A DNA stretch of 64,000 nt from Octopus vulgaris (GCA_951406725.2 OX597815.1:82832001-82896000); one strand, 5' to 3'; counted from the first letter of the stretch, positions 40,290-55,328 are shown. The notes: generated by a model not told the origin, from the letters alone. Translations and numbers: made by a program.

Positions 40290-42030
40290 TCATCCCTTTC
40301 CTAGGTTTTCCATCTCCAACGCCTCTGTAGTGGAAAGCAGAACTTTAATCGATGTGTTTACCCACCTTTCCTCATGAAAAAGGTCCTTTCTTGTGCCCAC
40401 GCAATTGATCACCTTTCGCCAGTCGCACCCTCCTTCAAGGACCCTCCCAACCACATACCCTTTTACATACTCTTTACTTTTTTAAAACTATGTTCACAAC
40501 CTCTATAGGTGCTTGCCCATAACTCTTTCTTCACTACTCATCGTCCCAGTCTCCTTTGCTGCTGCCATGTCTAACTTTCCCTCTCAAATACCACAAAACT
40601 TACCATCCTGAACTACCGCGTCTACCACATTTGAGACTCCTTTTACTTTACACTTAATAACCTGATATATATATGCCAATGTTCCTTCTGTAATTTTATG
40701 TATGTGAAGCAAATCAGCCACGGGCAAAGAAACGTGTTCACAAAGCATCTCAGAGACATCTAAAGTGTCAACGGTTAACCTGTTTCCCGTCATTACACCT
40801 CCACTGTCCATTGAACTAACAAACTTTGCTTTTCGGTATAACTTCCTCCGGTGTATAACCTTACGTTTTCAAACAGAACAGTAGCGCATCTTCCCTCTCC
40901 AAACATATGCCCTAAGACCTGAATCCACCTATTCAGTTCTTATAACTATGTTTTTCCATTCCTGCTTTATCATTATACCCTATTAATTTTCTTTCTCCAC
41001 CACCTCTCACACCAATCGAATGTAACTCACTTGCCTTCATACTCTTTCCTACTGCCTAACTATCACCCACAGAATTCGCACACTTGTATACCAACGGTAC
41101 ACTAACTCCGTTTCCCCAAACACATGTCAGCTGCTACTCTCCTCCTACTCACCTTCATATCTTTCAATTACAGATACACAAACCTACACCTCCAATCATC
41201 TACCATTTTATCCCCTTAATTCACCGACAAGAACCAGCGCTGTTACACAAACACCGACTCAAAACGTCTTGGTGACACATATCCTCACATATCCACGATC
41301 TGGATACAGATGATTCTACATACGTCACTTTTCACCAAATCGTCTCTCCAAATGGATTTTTGCATCCACCCACGTACCTCCAACGCACCAACTTCCCATC
41401 CACATTTCCCACTCCCCACATCTCCACACCTTTTAGACATGCACACAGCTCCTCTCTTCTCACAACTTGTTCCCTTGTACACTTGCACAATTAAACACAC
41501 ATAAATACACAAATGCCCTCATGCTGATACATGCATTCCCACACGTATCTACTCTCACCGCATTTGTAACTTGCCACACATAAACACAAACGCATACATA
41601 TTATTATTCATACACTTTCGTATCTCCCTGGCACCTGCACACACATCCACTAGCACTCTCAAACGTTGTCTCTTTTCACCAACGCAAATACTCAAAATTG
41701 CATGCACACGCATTATCACATTCAACTATACGCTTCTCCCTCCTCACCACTTTTGGTTTGCTCGGCCACTTTGTTTCATATGTTCCTTACCATCCATCTC
41801 TAGATTGGGAACATATACGCATATATACACACATTCACACTCACATGCGCACGCTCACGGGTCCAGATAGTTTTTCTTCTATTCTTCTTAAATCTTCCTT
41901 CCATTTCTCTTTTACACTAAGCTTTTTTCCCTCTACCATATTCTTTGTACTAAGTGATTGTACCAAATCACCATTCTCAGGCAGAGTATTCCAAAGAATA
42001 TATTATTACACACACCCTTCCCTATTTTAA
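40290..42030 (+). mobile_element. Decayed PLE: linker, GIY-YIG and CA/CT-rich 3' region
   Basis: 40623 onward: YHI*DSFYFTLNNLIYICQCSFCNFMYVKQISHGQRNVFTKHLRDI*..PVSRHY..H; later LRFQTEQ*RIFPLQTYA; upstream LITFRQ and CLTFP linker motifs. Boundaries approximate. Confidence 0.75.
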
Positions 42031-43717
42031 GTGGATGAGGTATAATTCCAGGGAGATTTGACTGTTTTTTCTAGCTGTCCAAGTAACCACACAGAAACGC
42101 ACTCTTTTGCTCATTAATCAAATACTGTTATTACCCTTTGATGTAGTCCTATCTTGCTGATCTCGTAATGTATGCGGTGAACATTGGCTGATATTTTACT
42201 ATGAAAAGAATGTTAAGGTCCTTAAACAGATATCTCAAACCTATGAAAGAGCTTTTATGTAGTTACTTATCAAGTTAAATATTTAAGACACATCACCCTC
42301 AAGTAACATCGTACTATCTTAAAATCGCTCAAACAATTTGGGGTTTGAAGTTGTAGATATGCTATAACAAATTATTTATCGACGGAACCTTTTCAAAGTG
42401 TGCCACAATATGGTTGCAATCCAATGACTGAAACGAGCAGAATACATACACAACTCCATCCACCCATCCATCCATCCTTACGCGTGCAAACACACACACA
42501 CACATAATACATACATACATACATACATACATGCATGCATACATACATACATACATACATACATACATACATACATTCATACATACATACATACATACAT
42601 ACATACATACTTACATACATATATACATGCATACATACATATTAACCCGGAGGGAAGAGGTGTATCCATGAATTTTACCAGGAGATTGAGATTGATGAGA
42701 GAGAAACCTTCTCAGACAGGAGATCTTGCGGAATGCCTGCAACCCCTTAGGGTATGTCGAGATTTGAACTCAGGATGCATTTCGCCTCGTCTACTGGCCC
42801 GGCTGGTTATTTATCGACCAAAAATTAAGAAATGCCTATTTCATCATGGTGTGTTTTGAAATCAGAATGTTGAGAGAGTTGGAACAATATTCTATTCAGC
42901 AGACTAACGATTCTGCTACTTCACCGCCTATATCTTATATAATATAATATATTTATACACACACATTTGTGCACTCACGCTCTCTTCTATACACATATAA
43001 ATTATAAATATATACATGCATACATACATACACACACATATATGCGTGTATATTCATACTCACACATACATACATTTATATTTATATATGTATATATATA
43101 TATATATATATGATATATATGTATATATATTTCACGGTTTCACTATATTCATACAGAATGAGAAAGTGTACACACAAATCCGCGCACACAAGAATACGAA
43201 TACTGAGAGAGAGAGAGAGAGAGAGAAGAGGAGGAAGAGAGAAGAGAGAGAGAATGGGAAGGGAAGAGAGTGGGGAGAGAAATAACGAGAGAAACATCTG
43301 AATTTCAATATAACTTCCCACCGAAGTGTACATGTATTTGAATATGCATATTGATTTCAAAGGGATTTAACCAAAAACGCCGGAACGCACGGATCGGCTC
43401 ACACAAACGTAATCACAAGCGCATACATTTATATAAGAAACGGTAGGTAAATGTGTATGACATGTGGTGCACATATGTTTGACATAGATTTGAAAAAAAA
43501 TAAACTTTGCGAGTCATAAAACATTAGAAGCAATTTTGTAATAATTCTTATTAAATCAAAAATTAATTTTAAATTGAATCAGTTTTTTTTGAGAAAAATT
43601 TTTCTCTTTTTCTTCTTTTCTTTTATAATTAACCCCGCCACTCGCTATGGTGAAGCACGAGCACTTTTAGACGTATATGATTATGCGCGTGCGTGCGTTG
43701 TTTTGGGTATGCAACAA

Positions 43718-43819
<102 letters not shown>

Positions 43820-43858
43820 TAGTATTAACAGTAATAGTAGTAGTTGTAGTAGTAGTAA

Positions 43859-43905
<47 letters not shown>

Positions 43906-44561
43906 AAAGCAGCTGCAGAAGTCTCAGCAGTCTTCGTATTAGTAGTCATAGTATCAGTGTTAGTGGTAGTAGTAGCAGAACCAGCCCTAGCAGCAGTAGT
44001 AGTAGCAGTAGTAGAAGCAGTAAAAGCAGCAGCAGTAGCAGTAAAAGCAGCAGCAGTAGTAGCAGTAGCAGTAAAAGCAGCATCAGTAGCAGTAGTAGTA
44101 GCATCAGCAGCAGTAATAGTCTCAGTCTCAGTCTGCGCAAGTACTCCACCTTAAAGCTACATTGGATTGTCAACCTTTAAATTTCAACGTGTATTGCAAG
44201 TGATTTAAAATAAATCAACTAAATGCAAATAACTGCTATATCAAGGGACACTAGGACACTTATCCAGCAAACGAAGAATATACTTGAATAAATAAATTTG
44301 GGAGATATAAAATGCATTATTCTTCATTATAATGTCTTGGCTATATTCTCTGTATGCTATGTGAAAACAAATGAAGCGACCTCATAATTTACCTATAAAA
44401 TAAAGTACAGTTTAATTATTTATCTTAACCGATTCTAAGTGTTCCCTATTATTCGATATGTTTAGCCAGATCAAAATTGTATCAGAATGTTTACAAGGTA
44501 CCTGCCAAGATTTCAAATCTGTATACCTTTTAGTTATATATACAGGGTTCCGTGAACTATC

Positions 44562-45390
44562 TGTCATCTAAATTACGCATAAATGAAAATAACAATAACA
44601 CCTCATTTTAATAGATATATTTACCAAATTTACGTAAAAATATCTTGAAATACTAAAGATTAAATTCATTCAATAAAATTGCCATTGGCTTCAATCACAG
44701 CCTCCAAATGACTTCGGAATCTCCTGCAACTCTTCTGGTTGGTTTCCTTGTTTAAGATGGTGAATGCTGCCATAATCCTTGCCTTCAGTTCATCTTTGGT
44801 GTTACAAGGAGTTTTGTTGGTCTCTTGTTCAACCGCGCCCCATACATAATAATCAAGGGGGTTGCAGTCTGGGAAGTTAGCTGACCAGATGTTAAGGATG
44901 ATGTGGTCACAGAAATTGTCTGACAGCCATGACTGGGTTCTCCTGCTCGTGTGGCATGGTGCATAGTCCTGTTGTCAGATATAAGGGCTTCTAGCAGTCA
45001 TCCTCTTGACCCAGGGCAACAGTATCTCTTCCAGGCACTTGATGTAGGCTCCCGTGTTGAGAATGAGACCTTGTGAGAAGATGGATGGTAGTATAAAGTC
45101 GCCATCACTAGTGATCACACCAATCACCATGATGTTGACTGGGTGTTTGATTTCTATAACTCACGGTACATGCACTGTCCTAAGATTGACACCCAAACAC
45201 TCTGAAATGTTCGTATTGGAGCTTCCGGCGCGAATGCCAAGCAATACAGCATGTCGTTTCCAAAATACTGGCAGAGCGAATTAGGTCGCGGTTCTGTTTT
45301 TCTCACAGACACTGCCAAACTGACCTTACCATACTGTGTTGTCGACAAAATCAAAAACAAACAATGCAGGTGCGCGAAATTAAAAGTATA
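44562..45390 (-). mobile_element. maT-family (DD37D) transposon, internally deleted
   Basis: 45152-44666: KHPVNIMVIGVITSDG...YI*QQDYAPCHTSRRTQSWL...WSANFPDCNPLDYYVWG...LEAVIEANGNFIE*, with 37 residues between the last two D. N-terminal KRHAVLLGIRAG..ISECLGVNLRTV at ~45170-45260. ta-cagggt end at ~44562. Confidence 0.9.
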
Positions 45391-45399
45391 AGCAAGTCA

Positions 45400-46432
45400 T
45401 TCTGAAAGTGGACATAGCGTAAAATCCCAGAAAGCCCAGTGATCTCGCTTCTTAAACTAATAGAGCGTTTGTCCAATTCACCAGAGCTAAGAAGGAAACT
45501 ATATCATGTCGCCCATATCAACGAGAGCCCTCTGACAAGACCCTTCTCTTTGCTAAGAGAAGTGTGGAGGATAATCCTCGTTGCAAGCACAAGTTGGTGT
45601 TAGAATAGCTGTCGGATATCTTCACAAACTTGATTACTATGGCAGAGCAGCAAGAATGAAGCCACTTCTTCGATCAGCCAACATCAAGCGGAGAAAAGAT
45701 TGGGCCAGTAACATTGTAGAGAGACCACTAGTATTTTGGGACACTGTCATATTCTCTGGTGAATCCAAATTTTCTGTATTTCCTGACAGTGGTGGAGTGT
45801 TAGTCTGGAGACTTAGTGATCAAGAATTTGATGTGAAACGATTGCGGCCAACAATGAAACACGGCAGCTATTCTGTGATGATTTGGGGAGCAATTTGGAA
45901 CAATGGTTGATCAGAGCTGGTGCAGTGTGAGGGAAATAGAAACTCAGATAAATATGTATCCATATTGGGAAAAGGATTCTTTCCCATCTTTTCCAATGGT
46001 TAAATGATTATAGGAGACTGTGTTTTTGTTTATGGAAGGTGGGGTTCCTTGTCGCACAGCTAAAATGAGCTAAGGTTTGTTGGATGAGAATGGCATTAAA
46101 AAGCTTCCAAGGCCAAGCCAGTCACGAGGAATGAAATCTATTGAATATCTCTGGGGCATAAAGAACAGAGGACTTCATAATATGAACAAGAAAGTATCTT
46201 CAAAGCCAGGTCTTTTGGCATCGCTGCATGAAACTTGACTAGAAATTCCACAACAGAATATTCGTCATCTGATCTGTAGCATACCTAGTAGGGTCCTCGC
46301 ACTGAAAAGTGCAAAGGGTATGTCTATTAAATATCAAATATTCACATTAGAGCAATTAATAAATAATTTGAATGTATAATTTAGATTTAAATTTTAACGA
46401 TTATAAGTGTGTCTAGTTACTTTTGACATGTG
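45400..46432 (+). mobile_element. Tc1-family transposase pseudogene
   Basis: GRAARMKPLL..NIKRRKDWA...FWDTVIFSGESKF...VWR...PTMKHG..SVMIWGAI, followed by frameshifted PSQS..M.SIEYLWG. Confidence 0.9.
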
Positions 46433-47147
46433 TGCATGCATGCAAGTATGCATATATGTATGAATTTATGTATGTATGTATGTATGTATGTATGTATACA
46501 TGAATTTATGTATGTATGTATGTATGTATGTATGTATGTATGTATGTATGTATGTATGTATGTATGTATGTATGTATGTATTCATGTATAGTATGTATAC
46601 AAAGACAAATTTCAAACAGCAGAGTGCAGTAATCCTCGATAAGTAACACCTCAGTAATATAGAGTAAAGATTTCTTGTGTTTATTGTCTTATATATATAC
46701 CACAAAGCCAGATTTTTCAACTCTGTCTCCACAGATAAGACTGACGAGACGAAGGACATAACATCTGGCTATGTGCTTTGAAAACAATAATTAAGGTGTA
46801 TCTATCTCTTTCTTCCTTTCTTTCTTTCTTTCTTTCTTTCTCTCTCTCTCTCTCTCCCTCCCCGCGCATGCATACAAACATATATGTATATATACGTATA
46901 TATGTATACCGACACGTGTTCACGTAACATCGTTTTTGTATACATTTTGACCAGCATTACCTCCAAGGACATGATGAATCACTGTAAATATTTTTATCTA
47001 TTTATCTTCAACGCACCATATGGATTTAATAGTTGTTATGGGTCTATTGGACTACTACAGTTTCATTTACTTGCTTTTAACTTTTTATTATTTAGAAAAT
47101 AACAGATGCTTGATGAAAATATGCGAAAGAATTTGAAATGAAGATTC

Positions 47148-48142
47148 TACTATTTTGTGTAATACTAAGTGTCATTCATAGGCAAAAACCGAAATCCGTT
47201 CTCTTACTTCAGAAACTGCTGACGATAGTAAATCAAAATAGGATAATTAGTTACTGAACATAATATATTATCAATTTATTTTCATTGTTTTGCAAAATAT
47301 TGGTTTTACTTTACAGCGATCTTCTCTCTAGTATTCAATTATATCGTCGTAAGGATTAGATGATCCATTATCAAAAAGTATCAACAAATAGAAGAAAACT
47401 CTATACTTGAATACGTTTACTATATGTATAAATATAAACACCGAAATCGACAGGAAATTAACTTTCTACATATATGTACTGCATTTCATTTTTGATGCAA
47501 TTGCATTCATACTTTTGGTTAATTTTCTGGTATCTAAAGTAAGTGTTGCACTCATAATATTCTGTAATTACCTCTAAGGTCGGTGGGAATAACGTCAGGT
47601 GGAAACTGAAGACCTGGTCCGAATATTTCCAAATGTGCTATATGTTCTAGTGAACGCCAGATCAAATTTTCTACCAAACAAACCGTACAGTCCATCTGGT
47701 GAGCATCAACTGTGATTGCGTCAATCTCAGTTTTATCCTGTAGTAAAGGCTGGGAAACGGGACCCACTTAAAATGCCCTTGACGTATAGTGCACTTCAGC
47801 ATGGTCTAATCTGAATTTACATATAAAATACTTAATTATATTACCATGCCTATGGTACTATTTTGTGTAATACTAGTGTCATTCATAGGCAAAAACCGAA
47901 ATCCGTTCTCTTACTTCAGAAACTGCTGACGATAGTAAATCAAAATAGGATAGTTAGTTGCTGAACACAATATATTATCAATTTATTTTCATTGTTTTGC
48001 AAAATGTTGGTTTTACTTTACAGCGATCTTCTCTCTAGTATACAATTATATCGTCGTAAGGATTAGATGATCCATTATCAAAAAGTATCAACAAATAGAA
48101 GAAAACTCTATACTTGAATACGTTTACTATATGTATAAATAT
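47148..48142. repeat. Near-identical ~288-bp direct duplication (47148-47435 and 47856-48142)
   Basis: About 6 differences counted by eye. Confidence 0.92.
47572..47737 (-). CDS. Candidate internal coding exon (166 nt)
   Basis: cctttactacag|GATAAA...CTTAGAG|gtaatt; only frame 0 is open: DKTEIDAITVDAHQMDCTVCLVENLIWRSLEHIAHLEIFGPGLQFPPDVIPTDLR. Confidence 0.6.
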
Positions 48143-48181
48143 TACCGGACACCTTTGGGTCTCAATGACACAATTATCACT

Positions 48182-48240
<59 letters not shown>

Positions 48241-48246
<6 letters not shown>

Positions 48247-48636
48247 GAGGGCAAGGAAAAAAATTTCTAATGCCAAATATGGCGAAAAATTGGACATATT
48301 GTCCATTAACCATATAATTTTTTCACAATACGCACGCTACTCGAATAAAGGCCGACAGAAATTTCTAAAAAATTCCATTATTACCATATCGGACCGATTT
48401 CAGAGTTAGCTACTAAGAGCCCTCTCTTCGTATTGTGAAAAAATTATATGTTTAATGGACAATATGTCCAATTTTGCGGCATATTTGGCATTAGAAATTT
48501 TTTTCCCTTGCCCTCATTTATAAATTATATAAATTTAACCGTTAAAGGTATTTTTTAATATGCTGGCCATTGATAAAAGTTTTTTCGAGAAAATATTCTA
48601 TTTTTTTTCGAAAAGAATTTTATCCTCACATTTGAT
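48241..48636. mobile_element. Fold-back family C cassette with 5'-truncated HHR (48381-48430, minus strand)
   Basis: ~48241-48332 is the reverse complement of ~48429-48522; the loop holds agag..ctct GAAA tcg-gtc-cga TA tggtaa; flanked by (TA)n. Confidence 0.8.
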
Positions 48637-48657
48637 ATATATATATATATATATATA

Positions 48658-48902
48658 TTAGAAGGTTTGGAGATGATGTACAGGTATTATATATTAGGAG
48701 AAATAAGGTTCTCAGAAATCTGGATGATTTTATATTTACAGATGTCACATGTTTTTATAAATCATATATTAGCGCTTGTGTCTACTCTGAACATCCCACT
48801 AGAGTGGACGCAAGCGCTAATATATGATTTATAAAATCATGTGACATATTAATAAATATCTGTAAATATAAAACCTCCAAATTTCTGAGTACCCTAGTTC
48901 TC

Positions 48903-48907
<5 letters not shown>
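48658..48907. mobile_element. Fold-back cassette between (TA)n tracts
   Basis: ~48692-48788 is the imperfect reverse complement of ~48801-48907; no clear HHR core. Confidence 0.7.
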
Positions 48908-48942
<35 letters not shown>

Positions 48943-49286
48943 TTGCACAAATGTTGAATCAAGGGTTGAATAAAATAATGAAAACATCAGTTTTGATTCA
49001 ACTGTTTTTCTTTTTTTTCCTATTGGCAACGTGACATATCTAAAACTGCTCTAATCCGTATATACGTGTTCAGATGCATATGTATGCCTTTTACGTCATG
49101 ATATAATTCCCCGCCCTTCTTTTATTCAAATATATGTATTTGAACGAGTTAGAATGCCTGATTGTCTGATTTTCAAAGCAGACAAATTATCAGATCGTAT
49201 TAAATCATGTTGGCGTTCGAAATCCAAGGGGAAAAATTAACTTTAACAAGTTTAATGTTGAACTGAAGGTAAAGAAGGCAAAGCTT

Positions 49287-49364
<78 letters not shown>

Positions 49365-49429
49365 CAGAGAGAGGGGAGAGAGAGAGCAGAAGAGTGACAC
49401 TTATTGCGTTTCAAAACTATCGAATTAAG

Positions 49430-50245
49430 ATAGCTAAGTGATATTAGAACTAAACCACAAATTTTCCGTGTGTCACCCAAACCCATTTGTCGTGAGCTCC
49501 ATAAAGTGGCTTATTATGATAGGCTACAATTGCTAAATGTCTCCTGACCATCATCAAATTTGTTAAGTGGAAACACTGATGTCTAGACTATCCGAAGTAG
49601 CCAATGGCTCAACAGAAAAATGTCGTTTCGTCTGATGTATCACCAATCACCTTTTTACCAAACTTGCGGCGCGTTTGGAGACAACCAAGAGAAACCTTCA
49701 ACCCTAACTATTTGACGTCTACTGTAAAGTATGGAGGTGACTGTGATGATTTGAAAAATCATGTCGAGGAAATTTCTTGGTTCTCTAGTTGCTCTAAGTA
49801 GCAGAGTTAACGCCAAACAGTATCTGAGTTCTTTGGCTAATGCTCGTCCTATGATATAAACATTGTTTCCTGAAGGTAGCACAATCATCCAGAAAGATAA
49901 GGTGCTGATTCACACAAAGAGAGAGCAAACATTAAGAAGACTATCTGGATTCCCCCACCCTCACCCTGCCCCCAGTCATCAAATCTCGATATGTTTTAAC
50001 ATTTATTGGCGCATCTTGAGTCAGCCCATGAAAAGGCGCTTAACTCCACCATCATCACTGAAAGAGTTTAAACATCTTTTATTTGAAGATGGTTCAGAAT
50101 TCCCTTAAGAACCGTTCAAAACCTGTTGAGTCAGTTTCGCGGTGTATTAAAACTGAGATTGGTGCCAAAAATTGGACCGACATGGTATTAAAGGAAAATT
50201 TTATTTACAAAGTTGTTTGGAAAATTTTCTCCTAGCTCTTTATAT
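49430..50245 (+). mobile_element. Degraded Tc1-family transposon
   Basis: VVSSDVS...RRVWRQPRETFNPNYLTSTVKYGG; FPEGSTIIQKD...IHT; several frameshifts. Confidence 0.8.
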
Positions 50246-51791
50246 GTATATGTATAATATGGCATGGTGGTTATTGTATTCGGCTCCCGATTGTAAGGTC
50301 GTGAGTTCCATCCCGGAGGTAGTTTGTGTTTTTGAGCAAGACGCTTCATTTCACGTTGCTTCAGTACAACCAGCTTCCAAAAATGAGTTGGACTTATATT
50401 TCAAATATAAATCAAAGGCGATCACAAAATCACTCTTATCACGTTTAATATACAAGAGATTGGTTGTCCTTTGTATTTCAAAGATTTATTTTCAACGTAT
50501 TATCAATGGCTTGACAAATCGAGAACAGGGAAACAAAGGCTTGAAGAGTTTAAAAATCTGTAAAATCTGTAGCTAAATACGAACTCGTAATTCCTGGTAT
50601 ATCAATTCCCTACGTTATTCATACCGCTATTTTACCTTCATATCAAAAATTGGCTCTTCTGCCAACTTTCTACGGTTCCATTTTCATATCAATAAAACTA
50701 AGATAAGCTCCACCCATAACCGTTTTCGATATATTTACCGCTAGCAGAATTATTATAACATAGTTATACCCCGCCCACCATAATTATTTCTGATAGGCAG
50801 GGAAAGGCTGCCATTTAAAATTTTAAGTCATAATTAAGGCTGACAGCTGATAAAATGCAGTAAGAAACCACCTACAATAATTAATTCTGACTTACAGATA
50901 TATGTGTGGTTCCATTCAAAATTAGAGTATCTAATCAGATATGACAAGGATATAATATGCATAAACTCCACCTACTCTTTCGAGATGTAAGAATTCTTGG
51001 CAATCTAATGATAAGGCCAAAGCTTATTCGTAGCCTCAATTCTCAGCGTCTCGACAATACTTTACATATGTACAGTGTGAGATAGCAAGAAGCGATTAAA
51101 CATTCTATTCGATACACTATGCTATTTAGTTAAAACTCATCTAGGTGTGTGTGGCTGAGTTCACGTCTGTCGAGGTCAAAATTACTGCTTCTCTTGCTTG
51201 CTCAATAGAATAATTGCCAGTAATACACAAAGGTAGATGCACGGAGCATACGATTCTTCAGAAATATTTACTCTGTGTAAGGATGCTGTATTATTTTTAT
51301 TGAGCGTGGTGAAATTGTAGAGCAGTAGAACGTCAAACTAATACCTTTATAATATATGGTTTCTTAATTCTATATGTTCTCTGAAAACCCTACCAATGTC
51401 TACTTTACAATGAATCTCTCGAGGTTCTGCGAGTTCGATTAATCAACTATATACGTCTCAGAACAAATTTGTTGATATTTGTGCCAATGTAATAAATCTA
51501 TTCTTAAGTAAATACACTTGTGTGTGCAATACAACAAAAGCTTCTGTTGTTGCTTTGCATCAGATCAGTTCACATCCTACAGTCCTATAATCAAAATTAT
51601 TTCAACTATATTTTTAGCCGACAGAGTGTCTCTATAGAACCATATTCTCTAAAATATCGTTTTTTAAAAATGGTACGATATTATTTAAAAGAAAATTGAC
51701 GGCTACGTCTAGCATGTGTTCTCTATCTTCTACAGTAGTTTAATCTCAAGGTAAATATCTGCAGCATCCCGTGGTACACTAACATACAAAT

Positions 51792-51886
<95 letters not shown>

Positions 51887-51965
51887 CAAGCATATGCACG
51901 TACGTACTCATTTTTACAGGTATATTTATACGTATTCTCAGAAAGAATTGCAACGCGATTCATAC

Positions 51966-52057
51966 CGACGTTGAACCTGACATGCTTAACAATTCTTTAC
52001 TCCGAAGTCGTTTCAAACCACTCTCGTGATTAAAGCGCTTGCAGGAGTCATAAACAC
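51966..52057 (-). CDS. Candidate internal coding exon (92 nt; may extend to ~52166)
   Basis: aattccag|GT GTT TAT GAC...ACG TCG|gtatga = (G)VYDSCKRFNHESGLKRLRSKELLSMSGSTS; phase 1 in, phase 0 out. Confidence 0.55.
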
Positions 52058-53718
52058 CTGGAATTTCATTAATCTTTATTTCGTAAGTAAAATGGTTGGA
52101 ATGTTGCAGTAGACCAACACAATGTCTCACAACTATAGGGATGTTGCATTTTAAGGAGGACAAATCTTGATTTTGAAATGTCATATTGATAAAACAATGA
52201 TATTCGCAGTAACAGAAAACGGTAGGGCGAATGAAGTTGTTACCAGCCTAAAATTGAAACTTGAAATCAAATAAAATTCAGTTAAACATAAAAATCGAAA
52301 TTGTTTTTTATCGATTCAAAATTAAATTTAGGAGAGGCTTTTATTTTTAATTGAATCTTGTATCGTGTTGGTATTTCAATTTCCGTTTATAAGATATAAT
52401 TTTATTTCGACTATGTGTCTTCGTGATTGAGTTTTATGTAAACGTCTCAGGTTTTGTTTATTAATTAAAGATCGATCACAATTCGGAGCAGAAAAATGTA
52501 AATAAATAGCAATTGATCAGAAATCATTGTTGAAAAAATATTTCAGTAAAGTAAACATATGAAATAGTTTACTGAAAATGGTAGCTAAAGATGGTTAAAA
52601 ACGGTGGTTGTTAATATCCTCGAGAAGTTCTTGAATGTCACATAATTTTGAGAATGGGCGGATCAATGATCAGACAACATGACAGAGTTAGTGACTCGAA
52701 CCTTATATTCTGCAACCACTTGTGATCATAAGTATGTTACTTAAATTTCAATGGGTGAAAGTCCATTACTAGATTGTATAACTCCCAGCTATAAGTTACA
52801 GCGAAAGCATTGTGGGACTGAAAAGAGACTAAGTGAGATGAATTCTATTGAGGAAAACTACTTGGTACCGTCACATCTATGTAAATATTTCTCTTATATC
52901 CTCAGAACTAAACTTAAAACTTATGAAAATATGAGCAAAAATTACGGAAAAAAATCATTCATTCTACTGTTAAGATTTTGTACCAATGTAATAAATTTGT
53001 ATTGGTTATACGCATTGATCAATTCAGCCTTCATGAAGCAAACCCACAATCAAAGAGATTCAATTTATGACTATCCCATTTTCTTATATATATATTCAGA
53101 ATAATATTACCCAAGTTGTACTCAAAAAAATACTATAGTGTGAATTGACATCTTATCCATTTTTAGCTTTATATCATTCCCAGTGAGACTGCCTATAATT
53201 AAATATAGTCAAGACTTGCAAGCCCAGATAAAATATTGACAAAAGTATAGGTTATGTAGGACTACATGATGCAGTGTGTTCATCTTGTCTTAAAACGGTA
53301 AGATCTGGTGTGGGGTAAGTCTATTTTCGTTTTCTGGAAGGTCCAGCAACTGCGTATGTGAAACAGTTAATTCATAACGTAAGGTTGCTTGTTTGTGTAA
53401 TTTTTGGTGTTGTTTTGTCTTGAACGACCATAGATTTTAAAAAAGGCATTCGAGCCTTCAAATTGTGATTGCTATATGCAGTAACTCCTGACATTACTGA
53501 CATTACGTGTAATCTCCAAGTATTTTCGTGAACATATAGCAAAAGCCAAAAGTTGTACTTTCGAAGAGTCGAAAATGCAGTCCATCCAAATTTGTAACAA
53601 AGCCAAATTATGATCATCTTTGCGCCATTAAATACTATGTACACACCCACACGCACAAACCTACACATACGCGAACACACATACACACGCAACACACACA
53701 CACACACACACACGCGCG

Positions 53719-53763
<45 letters not shown>

Positions 53764-55328
53764 ACACTAACACACACACACGCACACACACACACACACA
53801 CACTCATACACACACTAACACACACACACGCACACACACACACATACACACATGTCCAGAGCAATGTTTCACAGTAACTTTGTAGAACAAATTTAATTCG
53901 AATAATCTACATATGTTACAGTCGCGAACGTATAATGACGGCAAAGTTTTCAGTACTATGACGTTGTAGCCATGAGAGTTAATATTAAACGGGAAAAATG
54001 GGTTTCAAACACAGCATAAAGAAAATCTGGAATATTTACCACGTATATATCTGTGTTTGAGAGTGTATACGTACGCATATGTACACATGCGTATTATATG
54101 TGTGTACCCCTGAATGTGTATGTGTGTGCGTTTGTGTATGCATACACGTGGGTGCATTTGTGTATGTGTATCCGTTTGTGTATGTATGTATGTATGTATG
54201 TATGTATGTATGTATGTTCGTGTATTTATGTATGTGTGTGCGTTTGTGTATTTATATGTGTGTGTATCGCATGGACGCAATCGCAAACATTTTATATATA
54301 ATATTGCGATGCGATTGATACTATTTTCCTTACAAAAGATCAAACAGGAATTGAAAACCTTTTAGAGGGGCTTCGGAAAAATTATTTCGTATTGCGATAC
54401 AATATATTCTTATCACTTCATAACAGTGAACGCCCCTTCCTTGATATTGATGTTGGAAGCAACATTTTTCTATTCACAAAAAGACGGAAATAAATGATTT
54501 AATAAAGTCAATGGAGAAAGCGCAAGTGCTGAGAGTTATCAAGATCCAACGGTTTAAACTAAACTAAACTAAAATAGAATAAAATAAAATAAAATAAATG
54601 ATAAGAAAAGCTGTTTAGACGAGCGTTTAATGTTTCTAGTACTGAAGATGCCCTTTATCATGAGCTACTGAGATTAAACTAAATTCTTATCAACAATAGC
54701 TATTGTAATAGGCTGATAGAATTAAATACAAATATGAAAAGATGTAGACGTCACATACATACATACATACATACATACATACATACATACATACATACAT
54801 ACATACATACATACGCATACATTCATACATACACACACATACATACATACATACATACACACATACATACATATTTCATCGGTATATACATGCATACATA
54901 CAACCGTTTATAGATACATACGTATCCGCACACACATTTATATGATCAAACAGAGTTTTTATTTATTCCATTTTTAGTTCCGATATAGGTTAACTGAGCA
55001 TATGTTTTATAGACATTCATCTACTAAAAAAAAAATTATGGAATGATTATGCATACACACTTACATACGTATGTAAGTATGTATAATTTTCTCATAATTA
55101 CGTATGTATGTATATATGTATGTGTGTATGTAATATGTATGCATGCAAGCATGTATGTATGTATGTATGTATGTATGTACGTATGTTTCTACGTTTACAA
55201 CACGCGCACACATATATATATATTTATATACAGAGATACATATATGCTTATATATGTATACATATATATATATATATATGCATATATATAGACATACACA
55301 CACACGCACACTCATACATATATATGCA

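Noticed and set aside
52751-53104. 117-aa ORF in unique sequence
   Set aside because: AT-rich composition, no motif and no clear splice context; likely chance.
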